From positions 3,086,545 through 3,150,544 of the forward strand of contig NC_069002.1 in the NCBI RefSeq assembly GCF_001194135.2: DNA of 64,000 nucleotides, given 5' to 3'. The notes beneath the pieces were generated by a model. That model saw nothing but the letters and a program-made list of their open reading frames with translations. It was not told the origin of the DNA and ran no database searches. Below are positions 25,960 to 39,950 of the stretch, in pieces. The position numbers were made by a program, and so were the translations under genes. Each line of letters opens with the position of its first letter. The first letter of the stretch is position 1. The DNA comes from Octopus bimaculoides. Lineage: Eukaryota.

Positions 25960-26165
25960 GGTAGAGCGGCCAACATCTTTAGAACCCCATAAAAAAAAAA
26001 TCTTGCTTTGCGGTATTTTTTCCGGCTCTTTACGATCAGAGTTCAGATCCTGTCGCGGTCAACTTTGCCTTTCATCTTTTTGGATTCGATAAATTTAATT
26101 ACTAGTCAGGTATTGCGTATTGAGAATTGGGGTTAGTCGATACCATCGAACTTGTTCCGAAATTA
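25960..26165 (+). mobile_element. Family A SINE-like copy, degenerate
   Basis: 'cagagttcagatcctgtcgcggtcaactttgcctttcatctttttggattcgataaa'. Confidence 0.7.
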
Positions 26166-27756
26166 GAAACAAAATTTATAGCACTGTGTTAAGTTGCCAT
26201 CCAGCATCAGACAACTATACGGAACTAAAATTACTCTGGTCTGGTATAATACGTATCTACATAAATAACGGAGACGTTGAATCATAGCGAGGAGAAGGCG
26301 TTGAAAAAAAAAAGTTTTAATAAAGGAAAAAGGGCAACAGTTAAAGAGAGTCTGAGAGGTATTGATCTATTTTTTTCAATTATAGATTCTTTGACGATCG
26401 AAATGCCCAATCTTTGATGTGTATCTTCGTTTGTAAACGGGTTGTGAGGATGATTGATTAACGAGTTCGGTTATTAATCTGCGTGCATGCATGCTACTTA
26501 TCTTGTTTTTCCTGTTGGCGTTGAAAGCGAATTTTTCACTATATTCTTCAATCCTGTCTTTAATAATAACAACGCCACATAGCGGACGGATGGTAGCAAT
26601 AGCTTTCGATCTTAAAGGAACTCTGATGTTATTTCTTCTTCAACTAGAAGAAAATTTGCAACACTTCTTTAATTCCTCCAGCCAGGCGCTGCCTTTAGTT
26701 TGGGTGATTGTAGCCCCTACCCTGCTAAGAAATTGTTTGAGCACATATGCGTCACTTGCGTGAAATAACACAGGAACACGCATACACCACATATGTAGGT
26801 GCATACACGCACATACCACATACATGTGTATACACACGCATGCGCGAGCAAGCACTCAGACACATTATTGCATTTAACAGTCATTGCATTTCTAAAGGAA
26901 TATCAAGGATTATCTTTTTCTTCTTTTTTATGTTTACGTTATATCTTTAAAAATGTCGTGATGCCATGTAACAATTTTCAGTCTTGGAACTCATTTACTG
27001 TTCGTTCGACCTCGGCGTTTTTGATAGCCAACTCTTGTTTCGCTGGACCATTTTTCTTATGATTTGACCGCTGGAGTTTAAGGATCAAGTCTGGTTTCCG
27101 GTTTGAGCACTGATATGCTTATCTATTCTGTTGGATGAGAAGATGCATTTAGTGGCATCGTCATAACAGTTGTATACACACATATACACATACACATACG
27201 CACAAACAAACACACACACTCGTATGATGACACACTGATAATATACAGATCGATTGATTGACTGAGGGCGAGAGAAATGGACAGGCACATAAGTATAAGT
27301 ACGTACATATACATATGTATTACTAAACACACATGCAGATAGAGACACGAGAGACAGACGCATACATACACTCGCTGTGCCTCTACTTAAGACAGCCTCT
27401 GTCTCTCGGAACTCCGTGGTGAGTGGTATTCTTTGATTGTATATTTCTTGTGATTCCTGACTTGTGTACAATAATGAGAACACGCACACTTAGACACACA
27501 GACACAGTGAGAGGCAATGTTGTGTTATGTAACTGCTAATGAATAAGAAATAAATACATGAGGAAGAGAGAGTGAGGGTGGTGGGGAGACAGAGCGCAAA
27601 GAAAGAGAGAAAGACGGAGAGATAGAAAGAAAGAAGGAAAGATAGAGAGAAAGAAAGAGACAGTCAGGCAGACAGACTGACAAACAGATAGATAAGTAAA
27701 TAGAGAGGAGGAGAAAGACAGACAACAGACAAGCAAGCAGACAGACTGAAAGAGAG

Positions 27757-27793
<37 letters not shown>

Positions 27794-27849
27794 GTGAAGG
27801 AGAATAGCGAAGGAAAATAGGAAGAAGAGACAAGAAAAAAGAGGAAAAA

Positions 27850-28720
27850 CTGGGAGGAAGGAAAGTGAGTAAAGATTGAGATGAATTTAGGAGTGGTATG
27901 GGTGGTGGATGTGGTGGTGGTGGTGGTTGTCGAGGAGGGAGGGAGAGGAGGGGATGTTGAGGGAAGGATAAGAGGATTGAAGAGGAGGAGAATGAGGAGA
28001 GATGGGGAGGAAGGGGAGAGGAATTAGGGAGGAGGAAAAGGAGAAGAGGGGGCAGAAGGGAAGGATGAAGAAGGAGAGAAAGGAGAGAGAGAGGGAGAGG
28101 AAGAAGTGGAGGAAGGAAGAAAGGAAGGATGAAGTGGGAGAGAAGGAAGAGGAGGAAGGAAAAAGAAGAGGTGATTGCTTTTGATGATGATGATGATAAT
28201 GGGGACGATGATAATGATGATAATCAGGAGGAGGAGGAGGAGGGTATGATAACGATGATGATGATGAAGGTGGTGGTGGTTAGTGGTGGTGGTCATACTA
28301 GTGGTGTTAGTGTTGGCGGTGGTGGTGGCGGTGGTAGTGATGGTGGTGGCGGCGATGGTGTTGGTGACGGTGGCGGTGGTGGTGGTGNNNNNNNNNNNNN
28401 NNNNNNNNNNNNNNNNNNNNNNNNNNNNNNNNNNNNNNNNNNNNNNNNNNNNNNNNNNNNNNNNNNNNNNNNNNNNNNNNNNNNNNNNNNNNNNNNNNNN
28501 NNNNNNNNNNNNNNNNNNNNNNNNNNNNNNNNNNNNNNNNNNNNNNNNNNNNNNNNNNNNNNNNNNNNNNNNNNNNNNNNNNNNNNNNNNNNNNNNNNNN
28601 NNNNNNNNNNNNNNNNNNNNNNNNNNNNNNNNNNNNNNNNNNNNNNNNNNNNNNNNNNNNNNNNNNNNNNNNNNNNNNNNNNNNNNNNNNNNNNNNNNNN
28701 GTGGTGGTGGTGGTGGTGTG
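27850..28720. repeat. Purine-rich low-complexity tract with (GGT)n, (GAT)n and (GAG)n, interrupted by a gap
   Basis: Direct reading. Confidence 0.9.
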
Positions 28721-28885
28721 TAGGTGTTCCAATTACTGATTTATTCCAACATCAAAGTAAAACAGTGAAAAAGTTAACAGTGAGAAGCAATTGCCGTCAA
28801 TAGTTGCAGACTAATGGAGAATTTTCACAGCAATGACTCAAGCTGGAGTTCGTCTTCATTACTTTCAGACCCTGTCTGTGTGTGT

Positions 28886-28929
<44 letters not shown>

Positions 28930-29417
28930 GTCTGTGTATGTATATGTATATGCGTGTGTGTGTTTATATATATATATACATATGCATGTATATAACTATA
29001 TGCATGTATGCCTATATATAATTATATGCATGTATGAATGTATGTATACATGTGTGTGTGTGTGTAATAAATGGACATGTACATACACAATATAATTTTA
29101 CTTCATCTCTCTCTCTCTGTATACGTATATGTGTAGGACACATATATATATTTATATATATACGTATATNNNNNNNNNNNNNNNNNNNNNNNNNNNNNNN
29201 NNNNNNNNNNNNNNNNNNNNNNNNNNNNNNNNNNNNNNNNNNNNNNNNNNNNNNNNNNNNNNNNNNNNNNNNNNNNNNNNNNNNNNNNNNNNNNNNNNNN
29301 NNNNNNNNNNNNNNNNNNNNNNNNNNNNNNNNNNNNNNNNNNNNNATACATTTATATATATACATATATATATACATACATATATATGCACATATATATA
29401 TGTATATATATGTGTGC

Positions 29418-29463
<46 letters not shown>

Positions 29464-30279
29464 ATGTCTATAAACACACACACATGGTTACACATTTATT
29501 GTGCAATCTTCTGTGCGTGTGCGTGTGTGCGTGCGAGCATGTATATGATAGCTGCATGTAGCAGTGTCTTTATTGTCGGATTCTGTGTGCCTGCACTTCT
29601 CCATAAAAACGTATCGGCGTATCTGTCTGTCTGTCTGCCTGTGCACGAATATGTATAATTCTATTCGTTTTTATTAGTTGGCTCTGGCTAAATGAATGAC
29701 TGTATGTATTGACGTGTGCGTTTCTCTTTTTTTTAATACTTTGTCTTGGTTTTCATTTTGCCTCCATGTGTTTGCGTGTATGTATGTGTGACCATATTTC
29801 GTCCTTAATACTCAGTTCTCTGGAAGAGTTAATTGTTATGACGTTTCCTAGAGCGTTGCAGTTCTTTGGTAGAGAGTGTAGAATAGAAAGACAGCAGGAA
29901 AGACGAGGAAAAACTGGGAAAGCAGACGAGAATAAGCATCCACGTGGTTTGCTTATTTCTCTGGGATTACACAGATGACGTAGGTACCTCTGATGAGTAA
30001 CATTCGAAAATCGATAAAGGCAGTTTATCATTTCTTTCAATTTACGGAGAAATAGTTTAAATTTGTCGTGTTTATAAGCTTATTTATATAAGTTGGCAAA
30101 TATGCTACTTGAACTGAGGTCTCCACTGGCATGGCGTTGATATTAAATAAAGCGTTAAACACATATGTTATGCAAATGTGTAACAAAATGAACTGGTGTA
30201 ACAACACCAGTTCTCAGTGGCTGATGAACTGGCTGAATATACGTATTAACAGTTTGGTCAATTGATGCGGACAACGATG

Positions 30280-30430
30280 AGTGGATGTTTGATAAGTAAC
30301 TTGCTTACCAACCACACGGTTCTGGGTTCAATCCCACTGCGAGCCAACTCAATTCATTCGACTAAAAATAATCCTTCAAGGCGGTGCTCCAGCATGGCTG
30401 CAGGCTAATGACTGAAACAAGTAAAACATA
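30280..30430 (+). mobile_element. Family B head joined directly to tail (internal deletion)
   Basis: 'ttgcttaccaaccacacggttctgggttcaatcccactgcg' followed by 'ttcgactaaaaataatccttcaaggcggtgctccagcatggctgcag'. Confidence 0.8.
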
Positions 30431-31204
30431 ATAGACAGACAGACAGACAGACAGACAGATAGACAGACAGATAGATAGATAGAAACAAACAGACAGACAG
30501 ACTGAAAGAGGGCGAGATGCGTGTATAGGAAATAGACACTGGTGTATTGGACAATGTGCATCCTAATCCGTCTAAATAGAGTAATATCCTCTGGGCGTGC
30601 TCTGTAACTAATCTACTTCATCAACAGCAGATCTAATAAACCGTTTGAGGTTGTCTATATACTGCATGAATAGTTGTTACTGTATGGAATAAACCGGAAA
30701 TATTAGATACATGTTCACAAACGATTTACGAAACGAAATTTATTGCTAAATAACTCCAAGTAGGACAAATCAATAAAGAACATGTTCATTTTTAGCAAGC
30801 CGTCTCCCTAATTCGTTTTGCACGGTAGAATATTTCTCAGTAACACTGCGAATCATAGCATATTCTCCTTTCTAGTAAGTTCTTTATTGAGGTGAACTCG
30901 TTGTAGCCCTCTGGTAATTCGGCAATTCTCTTGGCATCGTAAATCTTTTGTAAGCATATATTCGGTATTTCCTGCTTTTTCCATGCAGTATGAATTATTT
31001 GGGTTGTACATGTATATAAATAGCCTCTTACGGATTATTAAATCGTTAAATAGGTTTACACTGATGAAGGCTTAACTGAACACTGGAATGCAATCAACTG
31101 GCAGAAGCAACATGGTTTCCGTATACTTTACATATATTACAGACATTCAGTTTCTATGAATCTAAAGTGTGTTTTTTTCTTTTTAGTATTGCTCAAATTT
31201 AGTC

Positions 31205-31345
<141 letters not shown>

Positions 31346-31420
31346 ACTCCTCTTCCTTTTAATTTTCTGTCGTTCTACTCTGTGTAAGCTTGATCTATTA
31401 ATATAAATATCTATGTATTT

Positions 31421-31820
31421 ATATTCTTTTACTTGTCGTACTCATTTGACTGCGGCCATGCAGGAGCACCGCATTTAGTCGAGCAAATCGACCCCAGAGC
31501 TTATTCTTTGTAAGCCTAGTACTAACTCTATCGGTCTCTTATGTCGAACCACTAAGTTATGGGGACGTAAACACACAAACATCGGTTGTCAAGCGATGGT
31601 GGGGGAGACAGACACACACACAAATATATACACACACACACATATATTTATACATACGATGGGCTTCTTTCAGTTTCCGCCGACCAAATACACTCACAAG
31701 GTTTTGGTCGGCCCGAGGCTATAGTAGAAGACACTTGCCCAAGGTGCCACGCAGTAGGACTGAACCCGGAACCATGTGGTTGGTAAGCAAGCTTCTTACC
31801 ACACAACACAACCTGCGCCT
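31421..31820 (-). mobile_element. Family B SINE-like element, full length (best copy)
   Basis: Reverse complement shows a tRNA-like head with B-box-like 'gggttcagtcc', CORE-like 'gcaccttgggcaagtgtcttctac', an internal TA/GT tract, and a 3' module ending 'gactgcggccatg' on the + strand. Confidence 0.9.
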
Positions 31821-32472
31821 AAATATCTAAATACTCATTGTATGAAAGTCTTCAGTCTTTGTATGTATACATGTATACATACCTTGTATATCAAGCCCAA
31901 GCTCTTATATTTGATTTATCAGCATGCAAAGAAGTATTTTCTTTGGCCACGTACATCTGCCATGTAGAGCTTTTCTCGGCTAACTCTCTCTAGTACCATG
32001 TCTTACTGTTTCTAGCAATCCTAGTCAAAGAAATAATGGCTGTCTTGTTTATGTAGTTCAAGATAACAATTTTAGCTCTTCAAAAATGACTTGTTTTGCG
32101 GTACGTCGTCGTCGTTGTCGTTGTTGTTGTTGTTGTTGTTGTTAACGTAAACAGTAACATACAAATTGATAAAATTGACGGCACTTTTTTAATGTTAAAG
32201 TATTATTTTTCGTAATATGCTTGTCTGGATTTTTTTTTTTTTTTTTTTNNNNNNNNNNATTGTATCCAGAAATGTGTTTTAATTCTCTTTAGTATGCGGC
32301 AAATGTCCCACGAGTCCGAGAGAAGTTTCATTTTGAAAATTGTTTTAAAAAGTAATATTTTTTTTTCTTTTTCCTGACCGGGGTAAAAAAAATCCCAAAT
32401 CCCCGGAGCGACAGTGAAGACACATCTGCTAATAATAACAACAACAACAACAACAACAACAACAAAAACAAC

Positions 32473-32523
<51 letters not shown>

Positions 32524-32932
32524 CGTCGGTATCTTAATTTCTTTATTACATAATTGTTTTTAATCTGTGATTTATATTGCATTTCCAGCAAGCTATTGGG
32601 AAATGTGATAGTATGTTGGATAAAAATCTTCATTAGCAAGCCAATAATATTATATGAGATTAAAGATATCACACCTCTCTGCTTCAATATCATTTTTATT
32701 ACGCTTTTTATTTTATTTATTAATTTATTGTTCCTTTTGCTTTTTTCTGTTTTCTCTTTTTTCTGGTTTTTTATTCTTTTTCCTGTCTTTTTTCTTTTTT
32801 TTTCTGTTTCTTTCTTTTATTTCCTTGTCTTAGGAGTGCTATGTTTTGTTTGATTTATTTTATTTTTTTCTTTTGCATATTCTCTTTCGCTTTGTATTTT
32901 ACTTTCATTTTCACCATTTCTTAGTAACAACC

Positions 32933-32983
<51 letters not shown>

Positions 32984-33082
32984 CCCAAGAAGAAAAACTA
33001 GAGACTTGCATCATTGAAAATCAACATTTCTGAATTATTCTTTCACTTCCAATAGAGAACAATGACATTTTAGTTCGCTGAA

Positions 33083-33131
<49 letters not shown>

Positions 33132-33465
33132 TTGTCGCTATTATAACAACTATTTTCATTATTGTTGTTGTTGTTGTTACTAATGTCATTATTGTTGTTG
33201 TTGCTGTTTTTGTTGTAAATATTGTTAAATGTTGCTGCTACTGCTACTGCTGCTGCTGTTGCTGCTGCTGCTGTTGATGCCACTATTATTATTGTTGCTG
33301 TGTCTATGGCTGTCGTCGCCATTTAAATCATCATCATCCTTATCATCATCATCATCATCAGCGTCATTTGTCTGTAAATATACAATCCTATGCAAATTAT
33401 ATTAATTTCTAAATTCACAACAATAATAACAATAATAATAACAATAGTGGAAGGAGAAAAGGAAC

Positions 33466-33499
<34 letters not shown>

Positions 33500-33525
33500 A
33501 TATGATAATCACTATATTAAATGTC

Positions 33526-33579
<54 letters not shown>

Positions 33580-33586
33580 TATAATA

Positions 33587-33940
33587 GAAAAGCTTTCTCT
33601 CTATAAAGATCTGCAAATTGAATTCACAAAAATGTGGAAGCTTAGTACTACGACAATACCAGTAATAATTGGTGGGTTGGAATGATAAAGAAGGTAGCTG
33701 AGAAGTATATTAAGCAACTCCCTGGAAACTCCAATCTCCGTGAACTACAAAAGATAGCCTTGATGGGTACAGTCTATATAGTATAGGCCGTATTATAAAC
33801 CCCTCTCCATCTAACATGGAATAAATGTGGTGATAATTTTAGCATGCATAGCAAAATAAAGTGGCCTTGCTACTCTTGGCCTCCGGCAGATGCCCGGTGC
33901 TAAGGCAGCTGAAATAAAGTTATAATGAAACGAAACCATA

Positions 33941-33945
<5 letters not shown>
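33587..33945 (+). mobile_element. 5'-truncated R4/Dong-like non-LTR retrotransposon 3' end (RLE C-terminus, 3' UTR, (TAA)n tail)
   Basis: EKLSLYKDLQIEFTKMWKLSTTTIPVIIGGL/[frameshift]MIKKVAEKYIKQLPGNSNLRELQKIALMGTVYIV*AVL matches the K-Y..L...W...IPIVIGALG...LQK.ALLGT pattern of RLE-type LINEs; flanked by (TAA)n on both sides. Confidence 0.85.
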
Positions 33946-34022
<77 letters not shown>

Positions 34023-34223
34023 TCTATCTATCTTACTGTCTGTCTGCCTATCTGTCTGTCTGTCTATTTATCTATTTGACTATCTGTCTGCCTATCTGTC
34101 TGTCTATCTGTCTGTCTGTCTATCAATCTATCGAGCGCCGGTAGGTGGCAGATGGCCAGCAGCACTTACGAAGAATCTATGTTGTGTATTATGTATTGTA
34201 GTATACCAGTGTGTATAAAATTT

Positions 34224-34329
<106 letters not shown>

Positions 34330-34633
34330 CAAACATTGAATGGCGCTACATGAAATATTTTTGCTCCAGAGAGACCAGTATTTTAATCTAAAGCTATTTC
34401 AAGCGCATATATTAATTTATGAGTTATAGTATTTGGTAGTAGTAATGTAGAATATATGCAGATTATATTGATTGTGTGAAGAATATATTATGTTATTTAC
34501 GTTACTGAAATGATGATAGTAGCTAGTATGAAACGTATACCTGACTAACAGCATTTATTTTTTGCTATTTTGTGTAGTAATGAACCTTATGATATTTAAG
34601 CGTTTTCATATTTTTTATCATTCCCGTTGCATC

Positions 34634-34685
<52 letters not shown>

Positions 34686-35168
34686 GTTTCTATACTTTTC
34701 ACCCTCTCTCCCATTTTGGAGTAACTTTGACAAACTTGTCTATTCCAATACATGCTTTCATGTCACTAAATGTCATTATCGTAAAAGTCCTTGACAATGC
34801 GCCGCATAGGGCTGTCATCCGTACTTCTATATTTTCCTGCAAACAGGGCTAGGCTGCTTATCTGAGAAATAAAAGCATTTTGCCGATGGACCTAAAAGGG
34901 TGTCAAAAGAGGGATGAAAGAACACACACATACACACACATATTATATACGTTGGATATTTAATATTATATTATATGCATTTTATATATATNNNNNNNNN
35001 NNNNNNNNNNNNNNNNNNNNNNNNNNNNNNNNNNNNNNNNNNNNNNNNNNNNNNNNNNNNNNNNNNNNNNNNNNNNNNNNNNNNNNNNNNNNNNNNNNNN
35101 NNNNNNNNNNNNNNNNNNNNNNNNNNNNNNNNNNNNNNNNNNNNNNNNNNNNNNNNNNNNNNNNNNNN

Positions 35169-35201
<33 letters not shown>

Positions 35202-35592
35202 ATATATGTATATATATATAAGATATATGTATATATTAAGCATATGTATATGTATATTAGATATGGCGGATGTGTGTATGTGCATGTATATATGCATACA
35301 TACACGCACGTATTGTGTGTGTACGTGTGTGTATGTGTGTGTGTTATAGTATATATATATTTGTAAAGTGAGCTATTATCGAAGACCTGAGAAAACAAAG
35401 AAAGAAAACAATTTGACCATGTAAAGCTTTTGACAACCAAACTCACTCGTGGATATTGGGAACATGTGCATGAAAAACAAATGGAAGCTTTAAGTGATCG
35501 CTCGCCCTGCTCGAAATAGCAGCCAAAGCTCTTTCAAACCACACACTATGAGATAAAGAAAAGATGGTGTAATCAGAGTCAGAATCATGTCT

Positions 35593-35745
35593 AGGCTCCC
35601 TGGTAAGAAACTTACTTCCAAGCCTCATGGTTCAGGGTTCAGTCCCATTGTGTGGTACCTTTGGTAAGCGTCTTCTACTATAGCCTAGGCTGACAAAAGC
35701 CTTGTCAGTGGATTTTGTGGACAGAAACTGAAAGAAGACCATCGT
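35593..35745 (+). mobile_element. Family B 5' half ending in the internal microsatellite
   Basis: 'ggttcagggttcagtcccattgtgtggtacctttggtaagcgtcttctactatagcc...aaactgaaagaagaccatcg'. Confidence 0.8.
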
Positions 35746-35892
35746 GTGTGTGTGTGTGTAAGTGTTTGCTTATATACACATACATACACATGTGTACATA
35801 TACACATGTGTATGTATGTGTGTGTACATGTATTATGTATGCGCTTACATATATGTTTATATATATAAATATAAACACACACATACACACAC

Positions 35893-35954
<62 letters not shown>

Positions 35955-36594
35955 CCAAACACATAAAGAGAGACAGATACTGTGTTAAACATTTATATAT
36001 TCTCTTTATTTTGCCAATACATGGATCCATGCTTCTTGTTAAGATGTGCAGATAAATTATACTTGCTCACCATACATCTAATGGTTGTACATAGATTGCC
36101 AAACCAGGTGGAATCTATCATAAACAGCGGAAATGATGTAAAAACTCAAATTACTTTTGATCTCCTTTCGGAATTTGATATTAAAAATTTAAAGAAACTG
36201 ATATGTATACTTTGATAAAGAAACCTACTTACTAATTTGAGGAGAATATGTGACTTTTACTAAAAAAGAAGAAAGGCAATTACTAAATCTGATTTGTCCA
36301 GAAAATTCTTATAAATTCCAATTTTTATATATTTTATCAGCATATGATTTTCAAATTTTTTTTATTATTGAAGATTGTCAACTTCAGGAATCAATCACAA
36401 AAAAAAATTTTGTCCACTGCGACATAATTATCTTACACTCCGAGAGAGTGCTTTTTACCGTGTCTGTTTATACTTCTGAAATTATAGATGATGGTAAATA
36501 TTTGCAAATCAACTTTTCTACAAATTATAAGTTTAATCCAACGTCAGCCAATTATATTGGTTCCAGAACGCTTTTAAATTTGTTGAAGGGTTTA

Positions 36595-36705
36595 GGCGAT
36601 GAAATCGACCACAGTACTTAGTCTTTAAAATCTGGTACTTATTCAATTGGCGTCTTTTGCCGAACTGCTAAGTTACATCGGCGTAAAATATTCAACACCG
36701 TTCTC
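36595..36705 (-). mobile_element. Family B 3' module fragment
   Basis: 'gaaatcgaccacagtac...tggtacttattc...tttgccgaactgctaagttac' matches the 31480-31570 region. Confidence 0.7.
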
Positions 36706-36811
36706 AAGAACCTGAACGCTCATACGTCGTCTTCGACGATAGATTCCATCATGTGTATGTGTTTGTGTGCGTGTGTGCGTGTGTGTAAATGTATATGGTG
36801 GGTGTGTAGTG

Positions 36812-36883
<72 letters not shown>

Positions 36884-37149
36884 TATGTTTGTATGGCTGG
36901 CTGGACGTATGGATGGATGTTCTGTGTGTCTAGGAATTCGTATGATAGTTTTGTATGGCTTTGTATAGTCTTTTGTGGTTATTGTTCTCGTTTTGTGTTT
37001 TTGATATCTTATTTTGCTGTAATAAATTGTCTTTTTAATGCATTGTGTGTGAATACGTTTGTGTGTGTGTGTGTGTGTGTGTTTATGGGTGGGTGAAAGA
37101 GTAAGTAGTTGTGGTTGCTTCTGTTATATTGCCTTCATTTTGTTTTGAG

Positions 37150-37600
37150 AAATCATCGCTATATGCTGTGTGATCGCTTCTGTTCTGTTGTTATTATCTG
37201 TGGTTTTGAAGTTCCACATGTTTTATGTGCGACTTGTATCGTTGTTGTAGTATTGTGACGCTTTTATTAGTCCATATCAGTAAGAAGTTGTCCAATTTGT
37301 TGTTTGAGATTACTGTGAGACGACACTGTCGTGATTGGATTAAATTTGTATTCGTCGTTTCCCATAAATCCTGGACCAGCAAGAATTGCTTTTATTGTAA
37401 GTTTATATTGCGTGTCATGGTTGATAATCAACATGGTAGCGCAGAGGTTGCCTGGCTTTGTTTGTATTCTATTATATCAGCTTCGTTTGGCTTTCTTTGT
37501 TTGTCAAGTTCTTATTTGTTGGTCGTGGATTATACTTTGCTATTCTTCATTGTAAACAGTTTATATTTTGTGCATAATCAAGACAAAGATGCCATAAAAA
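37150..37600 (-). mobile_element. Possible heavily decayed RLE-type LINE 3' region
   Basis: With one frameshift reads TVYNEE*QSIIHDQQIRT-DKQRKPNEADIIEYK, resembling the EN...ILWD..I.TD..I...RPDI motif; later EYKFNPIT. Confidence 0.35.
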
Positions 37601-37606
37601 TAACAG

Positions 37607-37607
<1 letters not shown>

Positions 37608-37705
<98 letters not shown>

Positions 37706-37874
37706 CAATAATAACATTAATAACAATAATAATAATAATAATAATAATAATAGTTTTACAAGTCTATGTATCATCGCAAAGTACTTCGTATCTTAATGAT
37801 TATTCTTGAATTACGTAAGAGTGGATTTCGTTTCGCTATGTATTTTGTGTTTTTATAGAAGGATGTTGATAATG

Positions 37875-37966
<92 letters not shown>

Positions 37967-37978
37967 CATTATTATTAT
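37608..37978. repeat. Opposed (AAT)n (37608-37752) and (TTA)n (37877-37978) arrays
   Basis: Direct reading. Confidence 0.95.
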
Positions 37979-37983
37979 AAAGT

Positions 37984-38200
37984 AATCGAGCTGGCAGAAT
38001 CGTTAGCACGCCGGGCGAAATGCTTAGCGGTATTTCGTCTGCCGTTACGTTCTGAGTTCAAATTCCGCCGAGGTCGACTTTGCCTTTCATCCTTTCGGGA
38101 ACGGATAAATCAAGTACCAATTGCGTACTGATCTCGATCTAATCGTCTGCCCTGCTCCCACCAAATTTCAGGCCTTGTGCCTATAGTAGAAAGGATTATT
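37984..38200 (+). mobile_element. Family A SINE-like copy, young and full length, flanked by (ATT)n
   Basis: Near-identical to 507-726. Confidence 0.92.
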
Positions 38201-38278
38201 ATCATTATTATTATTATTATCATTGTTATTATCATTATTATCATTATCATTACCATCTTATTATTATTGCTATTATCA

Positions 38279-38313
<35 letters not shown>

Positions 38314-39171
38314 TCATTATTCTTGTTTGTATTACGTGATTTCATGGGGAATATCCATTTTATTTCGTTTTTGTTTTTGTGCTCTTGTTTTTCTCTTTTC
38401 TTTTCTCGTACACTGAAAGTATTCTACGTAACCTATTATTATTATTATCATCATTGTTGTTGTTGTTGTTGTTGTTATGTGCTTGCTCAGTGTCAGTTGT
38501 GACCTGCCGGGAAATGAATATAAATTTTGCCTACCATCAAAAACCTAAACTGCTCGGATAGAATCTGCTTTGACTTAAGGATATTTGACAGATTTTCATT
38601 TCGTTTCATGAAACGCACATTCTGCCAATGTCGTCGCTGATGTTCTGTTTTTACTACTAGTTTGTTTAATGTGTAGAGCGCAGAAAGACCGTTTCTTAGC
38701 GATCGAAGTTTCTGTGGTTCCCACTATTACTAATACGGATGTGGGATTTCGCTTTACCAAATTACATTCCCTACGAGTCTATTCTTCTTCTTCTTCTTCC
38801 TCATCATCCTTCTCTCCATCTGACTCTAGAATTTCAATCACTATCTACATCTCATCCAAGACATGCGTTAAGCTATTTATTTATTTATTTGTTTGTTTGT
38901 TTTATTTTATTTACTTATTTTATTTTATTTATTTATTCATTGATTCCTTCATTTCCCGAAGCTAGTTTTTCTGCTTCACGTCTGCTCGCATGTTAACCTT
39001 ATTTCCTTTCTTCGGTTTTCTCTTAACATAGCAAACATCAAAATACTAAATTACATTCCTATATCTTCAGAACATCCACAGACACGGGAAACTGATTAAG
39101 TTTGTTCCATACTTAACAAGGAGCTCATGATCGCCCATAAGAAAATATAGAAAGAAAGATAACTAATAACA

Positions 39172-39332
39172 TAGGCGCAAGCATGGTTGTGTGATGACTC
39201 GCTTTGAAACTACGAAGTTTCGGGTTCAATGACCCTTCACGGTACGTTGGACAAGTGTCTTCTGCTATAGGCCTCAGATGACCAAAGCGTTGTGAGTGAA
39301 TTTGGTGAATGAAAACTGTGTGGAAACCTATC
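39172..39332 (+). mobile_element. Family B 5' half, degenerate
   Basis: 'cgggttcaatgacc...ttggacaagtgtcttctgctataggcc...gaccaaagcgttgtgagtgaatttgg'. Confidence 0.75.
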
Positions 39333-39382
39333 TTAAACATACATGCATGCATACATACGTACTTATATACATACATGTGTGA

Positions 39383-39424
<42 letters not shown>

Positions 39425-39444
39425 CATAGATAGATAGATAGATT

Positions 39445-39499
<55 letters not shown>

Positions 39500-39755
39500 G
39501 TGAAGGTGTATGGCTTAGTGGTGTTGCACTCACGATTGAGAGATCGTGGGTTCGATTCCCAAACCAGGCGTTGCTTTGTGTTCTTGAGCAAAGCACTTCA
39601 TTTCACGTTGCTCTGCCATCATTTCAACATCTGACATGTGGCACCTGTTGCACCTGTACAGCTAATGTCGATCTGATGGAGGGAGTGAACAAATAAATCA
39701 TCTGTGTGGTTATTCAGTAAGAAATTGTCGAACCCTCATACGTCGTCTAATGACA
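39500..39755 (+). mobile_element. SINE-like family C copy
   Basis: tRNA-like head: A-box-like 'tggcttagtgg' and B-box-like 'gggttcgattccc', then CORE-like 'gtgttcttgagcaaagcacttcatttcac'. Confidence 0.8.
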
Positions 39756-39801
39756 GAAGAGTTCATCACACACACAAACATTCATACACAAGCACATATG
39801 T

Positions 39802-39950
39802 AGCTGGCAGAATCGTTAGCACGCTGGACGAAATGCTAACCGATATTTCGTCTGTCGCTACGTTCTGAGTTCAAGTTGTACCTAGGTCGACTTCGGGTTT
39901 CATATTTTTGGGGTCGATTAAATAAGTACCAGTCGAGTACTGGGGTTGTA
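39802..39950 (+). mobile_element. Family A SINE-like copy
   Basis: 'agctggcagaatcgttagcacgctggacgaaatgc...ggggtcgattaaataagtaccag'. Confidence 0.85.

Noticed and set aside
29983-30022. CTGATGA...GAAA-ATCGAT hammerhead-like string
   Set aside because: Stem II has only 1 bp and stem I about 3 bp with register problems. At best a dead remnant.
30190-30213. 10 bp perfect hairpin gaactggtgt-aaca-acaccagttc
   Set aside because: Too short to assign; no Helitron CTRR end or other supporting context.
31055-31095. CTGATGAAGGCTTAACTGAAC, and similar CTGATGA hits at 23975 (-), 30221, 52891 and 61045 (-)
   Set aside because: None has a correct GAAA with supporting stems; the 61045 hit lies inside a LINE coding remnant.
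34133-34152. CTCF-like motif gagcgccggtaggtggcag
   Set aside because: Four mismatches in the core consensus; not distinguishable from chance.
36040-36620. Two adjacent AT-rich ORFs (77 and 123 aa)
   Set aside because: No domain motif or splice support. Possibly a decayed TE, but unassignable.
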